Virus record (IMG/VR): IMGVR_UViG_3300009545_000018
Location: 372,001 to 436,000 of that record
Reading direction: 5' to 3' (one strand)
DNA length: 64,000 bases
Position numbers and translations under genes: made by a program. The notes under the pieces were generated by a model. It ran no database searches, was not told the origin of the DNA, and saw nothing but the letters and a program-made list of their open reading frames with translations. Of this stretch, positions 19,629 to 31,682 are shown piece after piece. Numbering within the stretch: position 1 is the stretch's first letter; every line of letters starts with the position of its first letter.

Positions 19629-21236
19629 ATGGCAGATTGTTCAGACGCAATTAACGCACTAGTAGAAGCTGTAGAAGCTATTGAATTTGAATTGGGAGTT
19701 ACCCCAAGTACAGTCTATGCAAATGTTAGAGCTAGATTAGATATTCTAGAGGCTCGTATAAATAATCCATTTGCTCCAGCTCCAGATGTGGAAAATCCAT
19801 TTTTTATTGGAAATACTGGTGTTACCATTAGAGTTGGAGATGGTTATCCTGGACCTGCTGATGCGCCTGGTTCTTTATACTTAAGAACTGATGGATATGG
19901 TGGGCTTGGTGGTCTTTTCACCAGAGGAGCTGATAATTTATGGTGGGAAATAGGAGCTGGAGGTGGAGGTGGTGGAGGTGGGGGCGCGCCTTCAGGTCCT
20001 GCTGGAGGTGATTTAACTGGCACTTACCCTAATCCTACTATTCAGCTGAATACTATAACATTTGCTAAAATGCAAACTATAGCTACTGATAGCTTATTAG
20101 GCAGAGATACTACAGGTACTGGCAACATTGAGAATATTTTATTAAATACCACATTATCAATGGATGGATCTGGTAATTTACAGAGATCTGCATTAACTGG
20201 CGATGTAACTGCTTCTGCAGGATCAAATACTACTACAATTGTTAGTGATGCAATTACCACTTCGAAAATTTTAAATTCAAATGTAACATTTGCTAAAATG
20301 CAAACTATAGCTACTGATAGCTTATTAGGTAGAGATACTGCAGGTACTGGTAACGTTGAGAATATATTGTTGAATACTACTTTAAGTATGGATGGGTCCG
20401 GCAATCTACAACGTTCTGCTATTTCTGGAGATATTACTATTGCAGCAGGATCTAATACTGCAGACATTTCTTCTAATGTTATTGTAAATGCTGATATTAA
20501 TTCTTCTGCCGCCATTGATTTTAGCAAATTAGCCAATATAGCTACTGATAGTTTATTGGGTAGAGATACTGCAGGTACTGGAGTTTTAGAGACCATTGGT
20601 ATTAATAGTACTTTAATTATGAATGGTTCACAAGTTTTGGGTAGAGCAGCTATTAGTGGTGATGTAACTATTGCTACAGGATCTAATTCTGCCACAGTAA
20701 CAGATTTAACTATTACCTCAGAACAACAAGGTTCCATATTATATAACAATGGAAGTAATTGGGTACAATTATCACCAGCAACTGATGGTTATGTATTAAC
20801 TACACACTCAACTGGAAATAATCCTACTTGGGCTACTCCATATGCAACAATAACAACTTTACCAACTGGCTCTCAAAATGTAGAAGTAGATTTTTTGCCC
20901 TCTACAATTGCTAGCGGAACTGTTAATACAGGAGGTAACGTTACATATGATGTAGCTTTGACTAGTGGTAAACGTTATATTATATCTTCTGATGTTTATG
21001 TAGATAACGGCTCTGGCGGATGTGCATATCAAAAGGGTTTAAGAATTACGGCACATAATACAAGTGGAACAGCTACCATTGACATAAATGCAACATTGGG
21101 AGACAATGGAGGTTCTGGATTTACCTTTACAGCAGCTATTTCTACTACAAATGTTAGATTTACTCTGGCTAACACATCTGGTTCAAATAGAAATTATAAT
21201 ATAATTATTTCTAGAGTAATATTGGATAGACCATGA
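19629..21236 (+). CDS. Virion fibre-like protein with three ~76-aa repeats
   Basis: AIEFELG N-terminal segment shared with 27307; poly-Gly; [11 protein letters not shown]; 3x [12 protein letters not shown] modules. Confidence 0.75.
   Translation: MADCSDAINALVEAVEAIEFELGVTPSTVYANVRARLDILEARINNPFAPAPDVENPFFIGNTGVTIRVGDGYPGPADAPGSLYLRTDGYGGLGGLFTRGADNLWWEIGAGGGGGGGGGAPSGPAGGDLTGTYPNPTIQLNTITFAKMQTIATDSLLGRDTTGTGNIENILLNTTLSMDGSGNLQRSALTGDVTASAGSNTTTIVSDAITTSKILNSNVTFAKMQTIATDSLLGRDTAGTGNVENILLNTTLSMDGSGNLQRSAISGDITIAAGSNTADISSNVIVNADINSSAAIDFSKLANIATDSLLGRDTAGTGVLETIGINSTLIMNGSQVLGRAAISGDVTIATGSNSATVTDLTITSEQQGSILYNNGSNWVQLSPATDGYVLTTHSTGNNPTWATPYATITTLPTGSQNVEVDFLPSTIASGTVNTGGNVTYDVALTSGKRYIISSDVYVDNGSGGCAYQKGLRITAHNTSGTATIDINATLGDNGGSGFTFTAAISTTNVRFTLANTSGSNRNYNIIISRVILDRP
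20282..20350 (+). repeat. 69-bp perfect inverted repeat, left arm (partner 25436-25504)
   Basis: TGTAACATTTGCTAAAATGCAAAC...GCAGGTACTGG; a near-identical direct copy lies 228 bp upstream. Confidence 0.9.
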
Positions 21237-22003
21237 TAACTGGACCTATGGGGATACGTGCAGTTGGTAATATTACATTTAATCCATTTTTAATTGGAGG
21301 CTTAGTAGGTTGGTTTGATATGCAAGACACCACTAAGTTTACTCAAAGTGGAGGCTTTGTTCAAAGTATTACTAACAAGGCAACATCAGTCACTTGGAAT
21401 ACAGCCAATACTGTTTTACCAACCTATAATGCTACTGGTATTAATTCTTTTCCAGCAATGTCTTTTAATGGATCTAGTCAAGGAATAAAATCAACAACCG
21501 ATACTACTTTATTAAATGCTATTGGTGGAGATTTTGGCTATACTTTATTAGCTGTTATCAATATGTCAAACATCTCCAATAGAATGTTTTTTGGAGTTGC
21601 TAATAGTGCATCAGCAAACGGATTTAAATGTTGGGGAGCTAATACTAATGGAAGTGTAAAGTGGTCTATTAATGGAAATACTACTGGTGGCACACAGGCA
21701 AATGTTTTCTCAACTGCCAATGCAGATTCCAATAATAATGTTTATGCTGCTTGGGCACCATCTACTACCACAGCTTCTCTAAGAATAAATAATGGCTCCG
21801 AAGATCCTAGTGGAACTGCCGAATCAGTTGGAACTTTAACTTGTAATAATTTATGCATTGGATGTAGACCACGTTCTACAAATGATCTTAAATGGCAAGG
21901 CTTTGTAGGAGAAATTATTATATATAATAATTCTTTATCTACAGCCGATATTACTGTATTAACTAGATATTTAGGTAATAAGTGGAATATTTCTGTTTCA
22001 TAA
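21233..22003 (+). CDS. LamG/concanavalin A-like domain protein (probably structural)
   Basis: LVGWFD, FNGSSQG, GEIIIYNNSLSTADI...YLGNKW. Confidence 0.7.
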   Translation: MITGPMGIRAVGNITFNPFLIGGLVGWFDMQDTTKFTQSGGFVQSITNKATSVTWNTANTVLPTYNATGINSFPAMSFNGSSQGIKSTTDTTLLNAIGGDFGYTLLAVINMSNISNRMFFGVANSASANGFKCWGANTNGSVKWSINGNTTGGTQANVFSTANADSNNNVYAAWAPSTTTASLRINNGSEDPSGTAESVGTLTCNNLCIGCRPRSTNDLKWQGFVGEIIIYNNSLSTADITVLTRYLGNKWNISVS

Positions 22004-23116
22004 ATATTTTTTACATAATAACATTTTACTAAAAATATCTTCTCTTTCTTCTTTATTAACATTATAGTTATTCAATATAAATTTAAACATATCATATGAT
22101 TCTTGAAATTTATTAGTACAAAATGCCGCTAAAGCTAATTCATATTTTATTAACCATAAATAACAATTTGTATATATAAATAAACCATCTTCTGGTAATT
22201 GTAAATTAATACCTAATTTAGCATAAAAATAACTTAATTGAAACAATTTTTTTCTTCTAAAAAAAATTGATAAAGCTAATAAAGATTCTGCTCTATGTGG
22301 CAAAAGATTATAAGCCATAGTATAGGCATTTATGATACTGTTAGTATCATTAGGAGACATTTCTTCTAATACGTTTCCTAATCTATAAGCTGCAAAAAAT
22401 TTTTCTTCAATCCATCCATTTTCCATTAAAGCTCTTTTTTGATATGCTTCTGCAGATTTAGTAAAATACTCTGCAGATTTTAATATATTTTTTTGTTCTT
22501 TATAAATATAAGCAGAATCATAACAACTCTGTGCATAATAAAAAACATTTCTAGGATTAGATGGATTTTTTTCTATTTCTTTTTGTAAAATATTAGAATC
22601 CTTTACATATTTTAGTGGATCTTGAGATCTAGCACCATCTCCACCAAAAATAATATAGCAACCCTGTAATAATTTGGCTGTTATATTATTAACATCAATA
22701 TATTCATGCAAAACTCCTATATATTGAGACTGTATTGTGCTAGATATTAAAGCAATTCTTGGATATATTGCACCACTATGATGAATGTTTAAATTATATA
22801 CTGGATAATCTAAATTATTAAAACATAAATTATCATCAATTTGTAAGTAATCATCGGCATCAATAAATAGTAGGTAATCTGCTTTGGGTTTAGCTAAATC
22901 TAAAGAAATATTTCTATTGGTAGAAAAATCTACCCACTCATTTTTATGAAATTCTCCCGGTACATCTTTTAAAACTTCTTTAATAATTTGCTCAGTGTTA
23001 TCTGTGGATCCTGTATCACAAATAATCCAATAATCAATGTAATTTTTAACTGACTCTAAGCACCGAGCAATACAATGGGCTTCATTTTTTACAATCATAG
23101 ATAAACATATTGTCAT
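21998..23116 (-). CDS. GT2 glycosyltransferase with TPR-like C-terminus
   Basis: ICLSMIVKNEA, DTGSTD, FIDAD, LHEY; helical YYAQ/YRLG repeats. Confidence 0.88.
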   Translation of the reverse strand: MTICLSMIVKNEAHCIARCLESVKNYIDYWIICDTGSTDNTEQIIKEVLKDVPGEFHKNEWVDFSTNRNISLDLAKPKADYLLFIDADDYLQIDDNLCFNNLDYPVYNLNIHHSGAIYPRIALISSTIQSQYIGVLHEYIDVNNITAKLLQGCYIIFGGDGARSQDPLKYVKDSNILQKEIEKNPSNPRNVFYYAQSCYDSAYIYKEQKNILKSAEYFTKSAEAYQKRALMENGWIEEKFFAAYRLGNVLEEMSPNDTNSIINAYTMAYNLLPHRAESLLALSIFFRRKKLFQLSYFYAKLGINLQLPEDGLFIYTNCYLWLIKYELALAAFCTNKFQESYDMFKFILNNYNVNKEEREDIFSKMLLCKKYL

Positions 23117-23169
23117 AATAGTCTTTATAACCTATAATCGTTTTTATTAAATTATAATATTAACTAAAA

Positions 23170-23559
23170 TTAAAAAGTGCTAGTACGAATGTCGAGCCAA
23201 CCATTCCAAGCAATAGTGGTGGCAGCCACTCCATTAGCTCTAATTCTAATAATATTAGAAGAAGTATCTAAAGTAATAGTTGACGATGTTAAAGCGGCTG
23301 ATCCTTCTGACGCCACAATTGAAGTTTGAGATCCTAGCAAAGAAACAGTTCCTGAACTAATTAAAAAAGTAGCAGAGGCTTTAATACTAACTCCATTACT
23401 TGATTGTTTTCCAATAAGGGTACCTTCCACTACAACTATACAATTATCAACAACTGGAGTGTGCGAACCTGGTGTCCATGTATGAATGGTTGTCGCCGTA
23501 GTAGCATCAGTAGTATTAACAGTTGCAGAATTAACGGTAAAGTGATTAATTAAAGTCAT
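23170..23559 (-). CDS. Small Thr/Ser-rich beta protein, probably a virion component
   Basis: Composition and position downstream of a fibre gene. Confidence 0.55.
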   Translation of the reverse strand: MTLINHFTVNSATVNTTDATTATTIHTWTPGSHTPVVDNCIVVVEGTLIGKQSSNGVSIKASATFLISSGTVSLLGSQTSIVASEGSAALTSSTITLDTSSNIIRIRANGVAATTIAWNGWLDIRTSTF

Positions 23560-23562
23560 GAT

Positions 23563-26500
23563 TTAACCTATTGTAGTAATGACATCTGAAGTATTTCTTG
23601 CATAAAGCTGTCCGCCACTAGCATAGACAATAACACCACTAACAGGAGATGCTGATGGTGCTGTCGTTGCATTTCCGATATAAACAACTCCATCTCCAGA
23701 GTTTGTTGGCATTTGAGTGGAAGTTACTGCAGTGGTGCGAGCTAAGCCTATAACCATTCCGCTACTTGGATTAACTATTTGAATGCCAATATTAGATCCT
23801 CTTTGTATTTTAACATCACCATCAGCACTGGTTCCAACTCCAGATTTAATAATAATATTGCCACCAGTTCTTGTTCCGCTGGCACCACTAGATGCACCAG
23901 CAGCAAGGGTAAGAATGCCACCAGTACCACCAGCTAATGTGGTAGCCTGTGCTGTAATTGACATTGCAGCACCATCAGCCGCTGGTTGGTTAGCTTGATT
24001 TATAACTGCAGATGTTTGTGAGGCGTCCCATTGAAATGTGCTTGTTAGTATTGTAATTTGAGATCCAATTCTAAATACATCAGATCCATTTGATAAACAT
24101 CTAATTGAATTAGCTCCTGAAGGACCTGAAATAACAGTGTTAATAGTGCTATTACCTACAATAACAGCATCGCCATTATTAAGTTCTATCATTTTGGCAT
24201 CAGCCCCTACTGTAGTTCTACCATAAATGCCTTGTGCATTTGATAATCTAATTGCACCAGTAGTTGCTGGAGAAGATCCAAAAGTAATATAATCTGCTGT
24301 GCCAGTAGTCCATTGCGCCACAATAGTGTTACCTTTTTGAATAGTAACATAACCATCAGCACTAGCACCAGTACCAGAACGTATGGTGATATTACCACCA
24401 GTACGAGTTCCTGATCCTCCTGTAGCGTCACCTCCACGAAAAGTTGCTGCACCACCAACAACTGTTGTTGTTCCGCTACCATCTTGAGCCGCAAATAATG
24501 TGGACTGACAAGTGACTGTATTAGAAGCATCGGTTTCTTGCTGATATCTTGGGCTAGCAACACTTGATTTGTGTTGTATTTTTGGAGCATAAGATGTTAC
24601 ATCTGTACCAACAGTAAATTTTAAAGTACCACTTGCAAGAATTGAAATTGTAGATAATCCATGTATAGATGTTGAAAAAGAATCATCACCTATATTTAAG
24701 GTATCTGTAGTGGTATTTCCCCAATCAATAATTAAAGAATTATTACTATTAGTACTATTTCTTCCATAAATAGTAGTTCCATGAGCTAAACGAATAGTTC
24801 CAGTATTAGATGGATTAGTGCCAACTTTAAGACCTATTGAGTTTGTAGTAACAATAGTTTGTGAGCCAAAATCTGGATTTATTTTTGTACCAGCAATAGC
24901 AGCAGCGGCATCAACGTTAATATCTTTAATAAAATCAGTAGTTAGTGATGTGCCAGTTCTTAAGAAAACATATCCATCAGTACCCGCAACAATGTCAACA
25001 ACATTTGCAGTTGCATTAGTTGGATTACCAACAACTGATAATGCTGCAGATTGTCTAAATTTAGATCCGCTAACAACATTAGATGCAATTGTTGTTGCAT
25101 TACTTCCAGCAGGAGCGGTTACATCACCAGTTAATGCAGATCTCTGTAACCCTCCAGCTCCAGTAAATTCTATTCCACCACCAATAGTTATTTCTTCAAT
25201 TGGACCAGTTCCAGCAGTATCTCTACCTAATATTCTATCTGTAGTAATATCAGCAAGCTTACTAATAGCAATAGCAGCCGAAGCATTAATGTCAGAATTT
25301 ATAATTACACCCGCGGCAATAGCTGTTGTATTAGAGCCTGCAGAAGCAGTAATGTCTCCAGTTAAAGCTGCCCTCTGTAAAGAGCCCGAACCAGTCATAC
25401 TTAAAGTTGCATTTAATGTAATATTTTCTATATTGCCAGTACCTGCAGTATCTCTACCTAATAAGCTATCAGTAGCTATAGTTTGCATTTTAGCAAATGT
25501 TACAACATTATTAGCTATAGTGGGATTAGGATAAGTACCAGTTAAATCTCCTCCGGCTGCTCCACCAGGTATAGCTACATCCCAAGTAGGATTATTTCCA
25601 GTAGAATGTGTAGTTAACACATAACCATCAGTATTTGCGGCTAATCTAACCCAATTACTTCCATTAAAATATAGTATATCACCCTGTTGTTGTCCAGAAA
25701 TAGTTAAATCTGTTACTGTGGGGTTTGGATAAGTTCCTGAAAGATTACCACCAGCTGGACCAATAGGTACAGCCCCACCATTGACTAATCCCCAAGTAGG
25801 ATTATTTCCAGTAGAATGTGTAATTAAAGCATAACCATCAGTACCAGGAGGTAATTGTACCCAATTAGTGCCATTAAAATATAGTACAGATCCTTGAGTT
25901 TCTCCAGTAATAGTTAAATCTGTTACAATAGATGTAGTTGATCCTGCTGTTATAGTTACATCACCACTAATAGCTGATCTTTGTAGTCCACCAGAACCTG
26001 TAAATTCTAATCCTCCAGATACGGAAATTGTCTCTAAAGTTCCAGTACCCGCAGTATCTCTACCCAATAAACTATCAGTAGTTATAGTGGCTAATTTAGT
26101 AAAACTAATATTAGCATTACTATCAATGTATCCATCTACAATTTTAGAAAAGAAATTGGAATAACCATCACTTACATATGCTGTATTAACTAATCCTGTT
26201 GGTATGCTTCCAGAACCACCCATTGGTATCCATGATGAAGTACCCACTCCATCTTTACTTAAAACATATCCATTTGGAACACTGCTTAAATTGCCAATCA
26301 TGTTGGCGCCATACACATTTAAAGTAGATATTAAATTAGTTTGTGTAGTATTAAAATAAGCAGCTTGACCACCAATATGAATATTAACAACCACACCAGC
26401 AATATTTAATACATCGTTTTCAATAATACTTAAATCATTTAAATAAAAATTAAAATTACCACCAGCCACGTTTTCAAATGGAGCATATCCAAGACTTTTT

Positions 26501-27234
26501 TCTATTCTAGCATATCCATCCATAGTAATATTGCCAGAAGGAGAACTAATTAATGGTGCTGTAGCAGAGTTTAATGTTCTAAATATAGCATTGTTTAACT
26601 TAATATCTGTTGAAACAAATGGCAAACTAGCTATTATATTTGGAGTAGATGTTGCAGCTCCCAATACTCTTAGATTTCTAAATTCATAAGAGTTTCTTAA
26701 AACTGCACCTTCTGGTAATTGCATAGAAGGTAATATAGATGTATCTCCAGCATAACCTTGAATAATAGTATTTTTACTTAAATTCCATGTGCCAGCTGGA
26801 ATACTAGCTGGTGAAGATAATGAATCATCAATAACAATAGTGGCTAATCCATTTACAGCATTTCTTGCAGCCATTAATAATGACCAAGAGGTATAAATAT
26901 TTCCAGTAGCAACACCTGCTGGTTTATAAATAAAAACTTGTCCACCTTGAGGACCAGTTGGACCAGTAGGTCCGGTTGGACCAGTAGGTCCAGCAGGTCC
27001 TGTTAGTCCTGCAGGTCCTGTAGGTCCTGTTGGACCTGTTGGTCCTGTAATTCCATTTGCTCCATTAGTACCATTAGTTCCAGGTGTGCCTGGAGCCCCA
27101 GGAGGTCCAACAGGACCTGTTGGTCCCGTTGGTCCAGTGGGTCCAACACCACCTCCACCACCACCACCACATCCTCCTGGATCTACTGTTGGTAAAGAAT
27201 CTGGATCATCATATGCATTAGGATATTTAGTCAT
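23563..27234 (-). CDS. Large fibre-like protein with collagen-like and repeated modules
   Basis: (GPT)n collagen tract; [24 protein letters not shown] and [10 protein letters not shown] modules shared with 19629. Confidence 0.8.
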   Translation of the reverse strand: MTKYPNAYDDPDSLPTVDPGGCGGGGGGGVGPTGPTGPTGPVGPPGAPGTPGTNGTNGANGITGPTGPTGPTGPAGLTGPAGPTGPTGPTGPTGPQGGQVFIYKPAGVATGNIYTSWSLLMAARNAVNGLATIVIDDSLSSPASIPAGTWNLSKNTIIQGYAGDTSILPSMQLPEGAVLRNSYEFRNLRVLGAATSTPNIIASLPFVSTDIKLNNAIFRTLNSATAPLISSPSGNITMDGYARIEKSLGYAPFENVAGGNFNFYLNDLSIIENDVLNIAGVVVNIHIGGQAAYFNTTQTNLISTLNVYGANMIGNLSSVPNGYVLSKDGVGTSSWIPMGGSGSIPTGLVNTAYVSDGYSNFFSKIVDGYIDSNANISFTKLATITTDSLLGRDTAGTGTLETISVSGGLEFTGSGGLQRSAISGDVTITAGSTTSIVTDLTITGETQGSVLYFNGTNWVQLPPGTDGYALITHSTGNNPTWGLVNGGAVPIGPAGGNLSGTYPNPTVTDLTISGQQQGDILYFNGSNWVRLAANTDGYVLTTHSTGNNPTWDVAIPGGAAGGDLTGTYPNPTIANNVVTFAKMQTIATDSLLGRDTAGTGNIENITLNATLSMTGSGSLQRAALTGDITASAGSNTTAIAAGVIINSDINASAAIAISKLADITTDRILGRDTAGTGPIEEITIGGGIEFTGAGGLQRSALTGDVTAPAGSNATTIASNVVSGSKFRQSAALSVVGNPTNATANVVDIVAGTDGYVFLRTGTSLTTDFIKDINVDAAAAIAGTKINPDFGSQTIVTTNSIGLKVGTNPSNTGTIRLAHGTTIYGRNSTNSNNSLIIDWGNTTTDTLNIGDDSFSTSIHGLSTISILASGTLKFTVGTDVTSYAPKIQHKSSVASPRYQQETDASNTVTCQSTLFAAQDGSGTTTVVGGAATFRGGDATGGSGTRTGGNITIRSGTGASADGYVTIQKGNTIVAQWTTGTADYITFGSSPATTGAIRLSNAQGIYGRTTVGADAKMIELNNGDAVIVGNSTINTVISGPSGANSIRCLSNGSDVFRIGSQITILTSTFQWDASQTSAVINQANQPAADGAAMSITAQATTLAGGTGGILTLAAGASSGASGTRTGGNIIIKSGVGTSADGDVKIQRGSNIGIQIVNPSSGMVIGLARTTAVTSTQMPTNSGDGVVYIGNATTAPSASPVSGVIVYASGGQLYARNTSDVITTIG
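25436..25504 (-). repeat. 69-bp perfect inverted repeat, right arm
   Basis: Reverse complement identical to 20282-20350, same codon phase ([23 protein letters not shown]). Confidence 0.9.
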
Positions 27235-27306
27235 ATTTAGTACCTACACGTTATACTTTAGTATACTAAATTTTTAGTATATAATAATATTAGAGGTATA
27301 AAACTT

Positions 27307-30300
27307 ATGACTAAATATCCCGCTCAATTAGACAACTCTTCAAGTCTACCTATTATTTTAGATGATTCTCTTATTAATGGAAGCATTTATAATACATTGA
27401 GAGGGGCTGTTATTGCAATAGAACAAGAATTAGGGGTTAAACCAAGTGGAGTTTATTCTACTTTAAGAAATAGAATTGAAGTTTTAGAAGCAAGTATAGG
27501 GCAATCTTCAGGAGTTCAATTAAATAAGGATTTAGGTGGTACTCTTGAACTTCCGACAGTAATAGGATTACAAGGAAGACCCATAAGCGAAACAGATCCT
27601 TCAATAAATGATATTTTAACTTGGAATGGAGTTGCTTGGATACCTCAAGCTGGAACTGGAGGTCCTACAGGACCAACAGGACCTGCTGGCGCAGATGGAG
27701 CAATAGGACCTACAGGTCCCACAGGTCCTGCTGGAGCAAATGGAATTACAGGACCTACTGGACCTACAGGACCTATAGGTCCTACAGGACCCGCTGGTGT
27801 AAATGGAGATCCAGGACCAATTGGTGCTACAGGACCCGCCGGACCAATTGGTCCCATTGGTCCCGTTGGTCCAGGAGGACCAGGTGTTGATGAAAGATCT
27901 CCAAGAACTAGTGTTAGAGTTAAAGCAACAACTAATTTAAATATAGCTGGTTTGGTTAGTAGAACGCAAGATGGTGTTACTTGTACTGAAAATCAAACTA
28001 TTTTATTAGGATCACAAACAAATCAAAGTGAAAATGGTATTTATATATTTGGAACAGCTTCTGCTGGCAATGCTCCTCTTATAAGAATTGATAGTCCATT
28101 TTCTAGTTGTTATGCTACTGGTTCTGGTTTTAGAATTATGGTAAGAGAAGGTACCGTTAATGCAAATACTCAATGGACAATAAATAGTAGTAAACTCGTA
28201 TCTAGTGCAACTCCAGTTGGATTATCAGCTACTGACGTAGATATTGAAGATTTTTATATTACAACTGATGGAAATGATTATTCGCCTGCCTGGCATAGAA
28301 TGCAAGGAGCAATGCGTTGTAATAATGCTATAGGTACATGTTTTATAAGAAGAAAATCTTCTTATAGATTTGCGACACCATTATTATTAACACAAGCTAT
28401 TGCCATAAAGAGTAATGGTGGTACATTAAAGAACGGACCTCAATTAAATTTTGCTAAATCTGGTATTTGGGTAATTGGTGGAAATAGAGAAAGTGATGGC
28501 GGATTAACTAATGCTGGCGGCACTGTAATGGATGAATTGCTTTTGCTTGGTCCAGGCTATAATACAGCAAATTTTTGGTGTGGTATTAATGCCACTTGTC
28601 AAATTTTTGCAAACAATGTATCAGTGCAAAGTTTTCCTGGACGAGGGGTTAATTTATATGGATCAACAAGTCATGATTATGACAGTATAAATACAACTAC
28701 ATCAGCTAATTTTACTGTTCCAAGTGCTGGAACTACAGTATCCATTTCTTTTACAAATGGTGCTTCCATAAATACTGGAACAACTTTAAAAATTGCTGGT
28801 GCTGGATATTATTATGTTGAAGCCGTTTTAGGTGGCGGAACATTTACGTGTCAAAATATTGGATTTGCTAGCGATACAGCATATGCAGTTGCTAATGCTG
28901 TAGCTGGAACCGTAATATCATCAGGGGCAGTTACACGTGGCGTATTCGGAAATGTTGATATCTCAAGTATAACTGGTGGAGCTATGTTACAAAATGGATT
29001 ATCTGGATTATACATATCTGGTGATAATTCTAATGCCAGCTATTTTCTTGGTGTAAATATTACAGATAATGGGAAAAGACAGATAAAAGATGATAATCAT
29101 GGTGCAGTTGATGCATCATTTTTAGGTAACACCTGGATTATGATGCAAGCAGCCTCAAATACTGATCATGTTCCTTTAGGAATTCAAACTGCAGCTAATT
29201 TTAATTTGCCAGCAGAATCATATGGTACTACTGATTATGATAACACAAACTCACTTGGGGCGGCGGGATTACCAACTGTTACCTTAACTTTAACTAGTGT
29301 TGCTGGAATATCAGTTGGTGATAGAATAGCTATTGCTGCTGCAGGAACCATAGCAGTAGTTGCTACCCCGAGCACAAACGTACATCTTGCATCTAATCAA
29401 ATTAAAGCTAATTTTTTGAGACATACATTGGCAGATGGTTATTTAATCACTAGCGGTAAAGATTTATTATGGCCAGCATATGCTTACTTATGTGAAGGAT
29501 CTGGAGCTGACTCTGCTTATGTGGGATGTTATTCAGAATCTTCCGATGTTAGTAAAATTGATTTACCTTCTCAAGTTTTAAGCGGAAGAGTCGGAAATAT
29601 AGGAACTGCTGGTCGAATAACTTCTACTACTGCAGCTACTGAACCTAATACTATGTTTTGGAGAACTAGGGGCAAACAACAACCATATTTTGGAACTGGT
29701 TTATTAGGATCTAATCAAGTCTTTTCATTTGGTTGTGATGCTGGAAGTGATGGAGGTAATGGATATACATTTGAGTGGGATGAAACAAATAAGTTTTATA
29801 ACTTTTTATATGCTGGCAAAATAGCATCTTATTTTACAGGCAATAGTTTTGCTCCTAGTGGAAAAGCTTATGGAGCTGGTTTTACTAGTTTTCCTAGAGG
29901 TCACCTATTCGGATCACATCGCTTTCATTCTTCAACTGTTGCTAACGTACCAACAGTAAGTTCAGCATCTGATAATTGGGAAGTTGGAGATGTTATTATT
30001 AATAGAGATGCTACAGGACCATGGATGTATCGTTGTACATCTAAAGTTTCTAATAATTTAACATTTGCTTCTGATAGAATATCTTTAAAAAATCAAACTT
30101 GTAATTTAGGATCTTCTGTTGCAGCATCTACAGCTGGAACCACAGTTACTAAAACTTTAACTGGAGCGGAAGTTGGAGATAATGTTATTTGGAATTTAAG
30201 AGGAGCCCCTATAGCTGGAGTAACTTTTTATGTTCGTATTTCAACTACAGATACTGTAGAAATTATTGCATGGAATGGAACAAGCTCACCTCAGGACTTA

Positions 30301-30339
30301 TCAGCCACCATTTTTGATTTTACTGTTATAAAAACATAA
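27307..30339 (+). CDS. Fibre/tailspike-like protein with collagen tract
   Basis: MTKYP..LD N-terminus, AIEQELGV, Gly-X-Y repeats, Gly/Asn/Ser-rich beta-helix-like body. Confidence 0.75.
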   Translation: MTKYPAQLDNSSSLPIILDDSLINGSIYNTLRGAVIAIEQELGVKPSGVYSTLRNRIEVLEASIGQSSGVQLNKDLGGTLELPTVIGLQGRPISETDPSINDILTWNGVAWIPQAGTGGPTGPTGPAGADGAIGPTGPTGPAGANGITGPTGPTGPIGPTGPAGVNGDPGPIGATGPAGPIGPIGPVGPGGPGVDERSPRTSVRVKATTNLNIAGLVSRTQDGVTCTENQTILLGSQTNQSENGIYIFGTASAGNAPLIRIDSPFSSCYATGSGFRIMVREGTVNANTQWTINSSKLVSSATPVGLSATDVDIEDFYITTDGNDYSPAWHRMQGAMRCNNAIGTCFIRRKSSYRFATPLLLTQAIAIKSNGGTLKNGPQLNFAKSGIWVIGGNRESDGGLTNAGGTVMDELLLLGPGYNTANFWCGINATCQIFANNVSVQSFPGRGVNLYGSTSHDYDSINTTTSANFTVPSAGTTVSISFTNGASINTGTTLKIAGAGYYYVEAVLGGGTFTCQNIGFASDTAYAVANAVAGTVISSGAVTRGVFGNVDISSITGGAMLQNGLSGLYISGDNSNASYFLGVNITDNGKRQIKDDNHGAVDASFLGNTWIMMQAASNTDHVPLGIQTAANFNLPAESYGTTDYDNTNSLGAAGLPTVTLTLTSVAGISVGDRIAIAAAGTIAVVATPSTNVHLASNQIKANFLRHTLADGYLITSGKDLLWPAYAYLCEGSGADSAYVGCYSESSDVSKIDLPSQVLSGRVGNIGTAGRITSTTAATEPNTMFWRTRGKQQPYFGTGLLGSNQVFSFGCDAGSDGGNGYTFEWDETNKFYNFLYAGKIASYFTGNSFAPSGKAYGAGFTSFPRGHLFGSHRFHSSTVANVPTVSSASDNWEVGDVIINRDATGPWMYRCTSKVSNNLTFASDRISLKNQTCNLGSSVAASTAGTTVTKTLTGAEVGDNVIWNLRGAPIAGVTFYVRISTTDTVEIIAWNGTSSPQDLSATIFDFTVIKT

Positions 30340-30460
30340 TACATTAAATTTGTAATAATATCATTGCAAGTCATGTTAAATCTATTAAAACTAATTTTAT
30401 TGATTTAAGTTTGATTTTAATTGATATAATATTCGATGCTAACTAAATATTAGGAAAAGC

Positions 30461-31672
30461 ATGAATAATTTTGATGTTGGAATCATAGGTGCCGGAGTAG
30501 CAGGAGCATTTGCGGCTTTAAAAATTTCTAAAGATTATAAAGATGTAAAAACTATTTTATTTGATTTAGGTCGCCCCCCAATGAAACGTCGACGCCAGCT
30601 TGAAGGTTGGTTAGGTTGTCTTCCAAATAGTGATGGAAAATTTTATCAAACAGATGTAGATAAAGTTGCCACCTTAGTTGGAAATAAAAAAATTAAATCT
30701 GCCAAAACCTTTGTTAACAAAGCACTATTGGATGTAAATGACTTTAACCTTTATAAAGATAAAGGTCCAACACAATCAGCTATTAAAAAAATTAATAAAA
30801 ATGGCTTTAATGTTATTTTAAATGATTATATTCAATTATATCCAAAAGATATTCATTTGTTATCTAAATTAATGGCTGAATTTATTGAAAGTAATTCTAA
30901 TATATCATTTAGTTTTGATAATGAAGTTAGAAGAATACATAAACAAAAAAATATGTTCGTTATTACTACAGATGAGCAAGAATATCGCTGTAAAAAGATT
31001 ATTTTTGCTGTAGGTAGAAGTGGATGGCGCTGGGCGCATGATGTTTATTCTAATTTTGGAATTATTGATGATAACAATACCGCTCGATTTGGAGTAAGAG
31101 TAGAGGTCAATGCGGCTAATTTAAAAGATTTTAATAAATCTAATTGTACTATATTAAAAGATGATGATTTAGAAATTGGACCATTATCTTGGAATGGTAC
31201 AATTATTCCGGAAGATCATGTAGACTTAGCAATATCTGCATTTAGATCAAATGAAAATAGATGGAAAAGTGATAAAGTAAGTTTTCAATTAATTAAAAAT
31301 ATTAATTTTCCCAATGAAGGATTTCAGCAAACAGATCGAATTGGAAAATTAACATTTGTTTTATCAAATGATAGAATTATTAAAGAAAAAGTTTCTACTA
31401 TTTTATCAGATAAAAGTAAAATATCTATTATTCCTGAATATGATTGGTTAAAAGATAGTTTTAATCAATTAGAAACAATTATGCCAGATATTTCAAACAA
31501 ATCATACTTTCATGTTCCTACTATTGTGCCAATGGCGCCTAAAATATTATTAGGTCAAAATTTAGAAAGTGAAATAGAAGGAATGTTTGTTGCAGGTGAG
31601 AGTGCAGGAATAACAGGAATATTATCTGCCGCTTTAATGGGAGTTATAGCAGGAGAATCTGCTTGTAAATAA
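30461..31672 (+). CDS. FAD/NAD(P)-dependent oxidoreductase
   Basis: IIGAGVAG Rossmann motif, FAVGRSG, AGESAGITGILSAA. Confidence 0.75.
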   Translation: MNNFDVGIIGAGVAGAFAALKISKDYKDVKTILFDLGRPPMKRRRQLEGWLGCLPNSDGKFYQTDVDKVATLVGNKKIKSAKTFVNKALLDVNDFNLYKDKGPTQSAIKKINKNGFNVILNDYIQLYPKDIHLLSKLMAEFIESNSNISFSFDNEVRRIHKQKNMFVITTDEQEYRCKKIIFAVGRSGWRWAHDVYSNFGIIDDNNTARFGVRVEVNAANLKDFNKSNCTILKDDDLEIGPLSWNGTIIPEDHVDLAISAFRSNENRWKSDKVSFQLIKNINFPNEGFQQTDRIGKLTFVLSNDRIIKEKVSTILSDKSKISIIPEYDWLKDSFNQLETIMPDISNKSYFHVPTIVPMAPKILLGQNLESEIEGMFVAGESAGITGILSAALMGVIAGESACK

Positions 31673-31682
31673 TGAGGATAAC

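Noticed and set aside
20056-25504. Fibre repeats as a DGR template/variable pair
   Set aside because: Copies are identical or differ at mixed synonymous positions, not adenine-specific; no reverse transcriptase in the window
20042-27890. Long antisense or alternative-frame ORFs (20042-20749, 24818-25534, 24207-24590, 27621-27890 and others)
   Set aside because: Shadows of Gly/Thr/Ala-rich repeat and collagen coding on the real strand; no RBS or recognisable motifs
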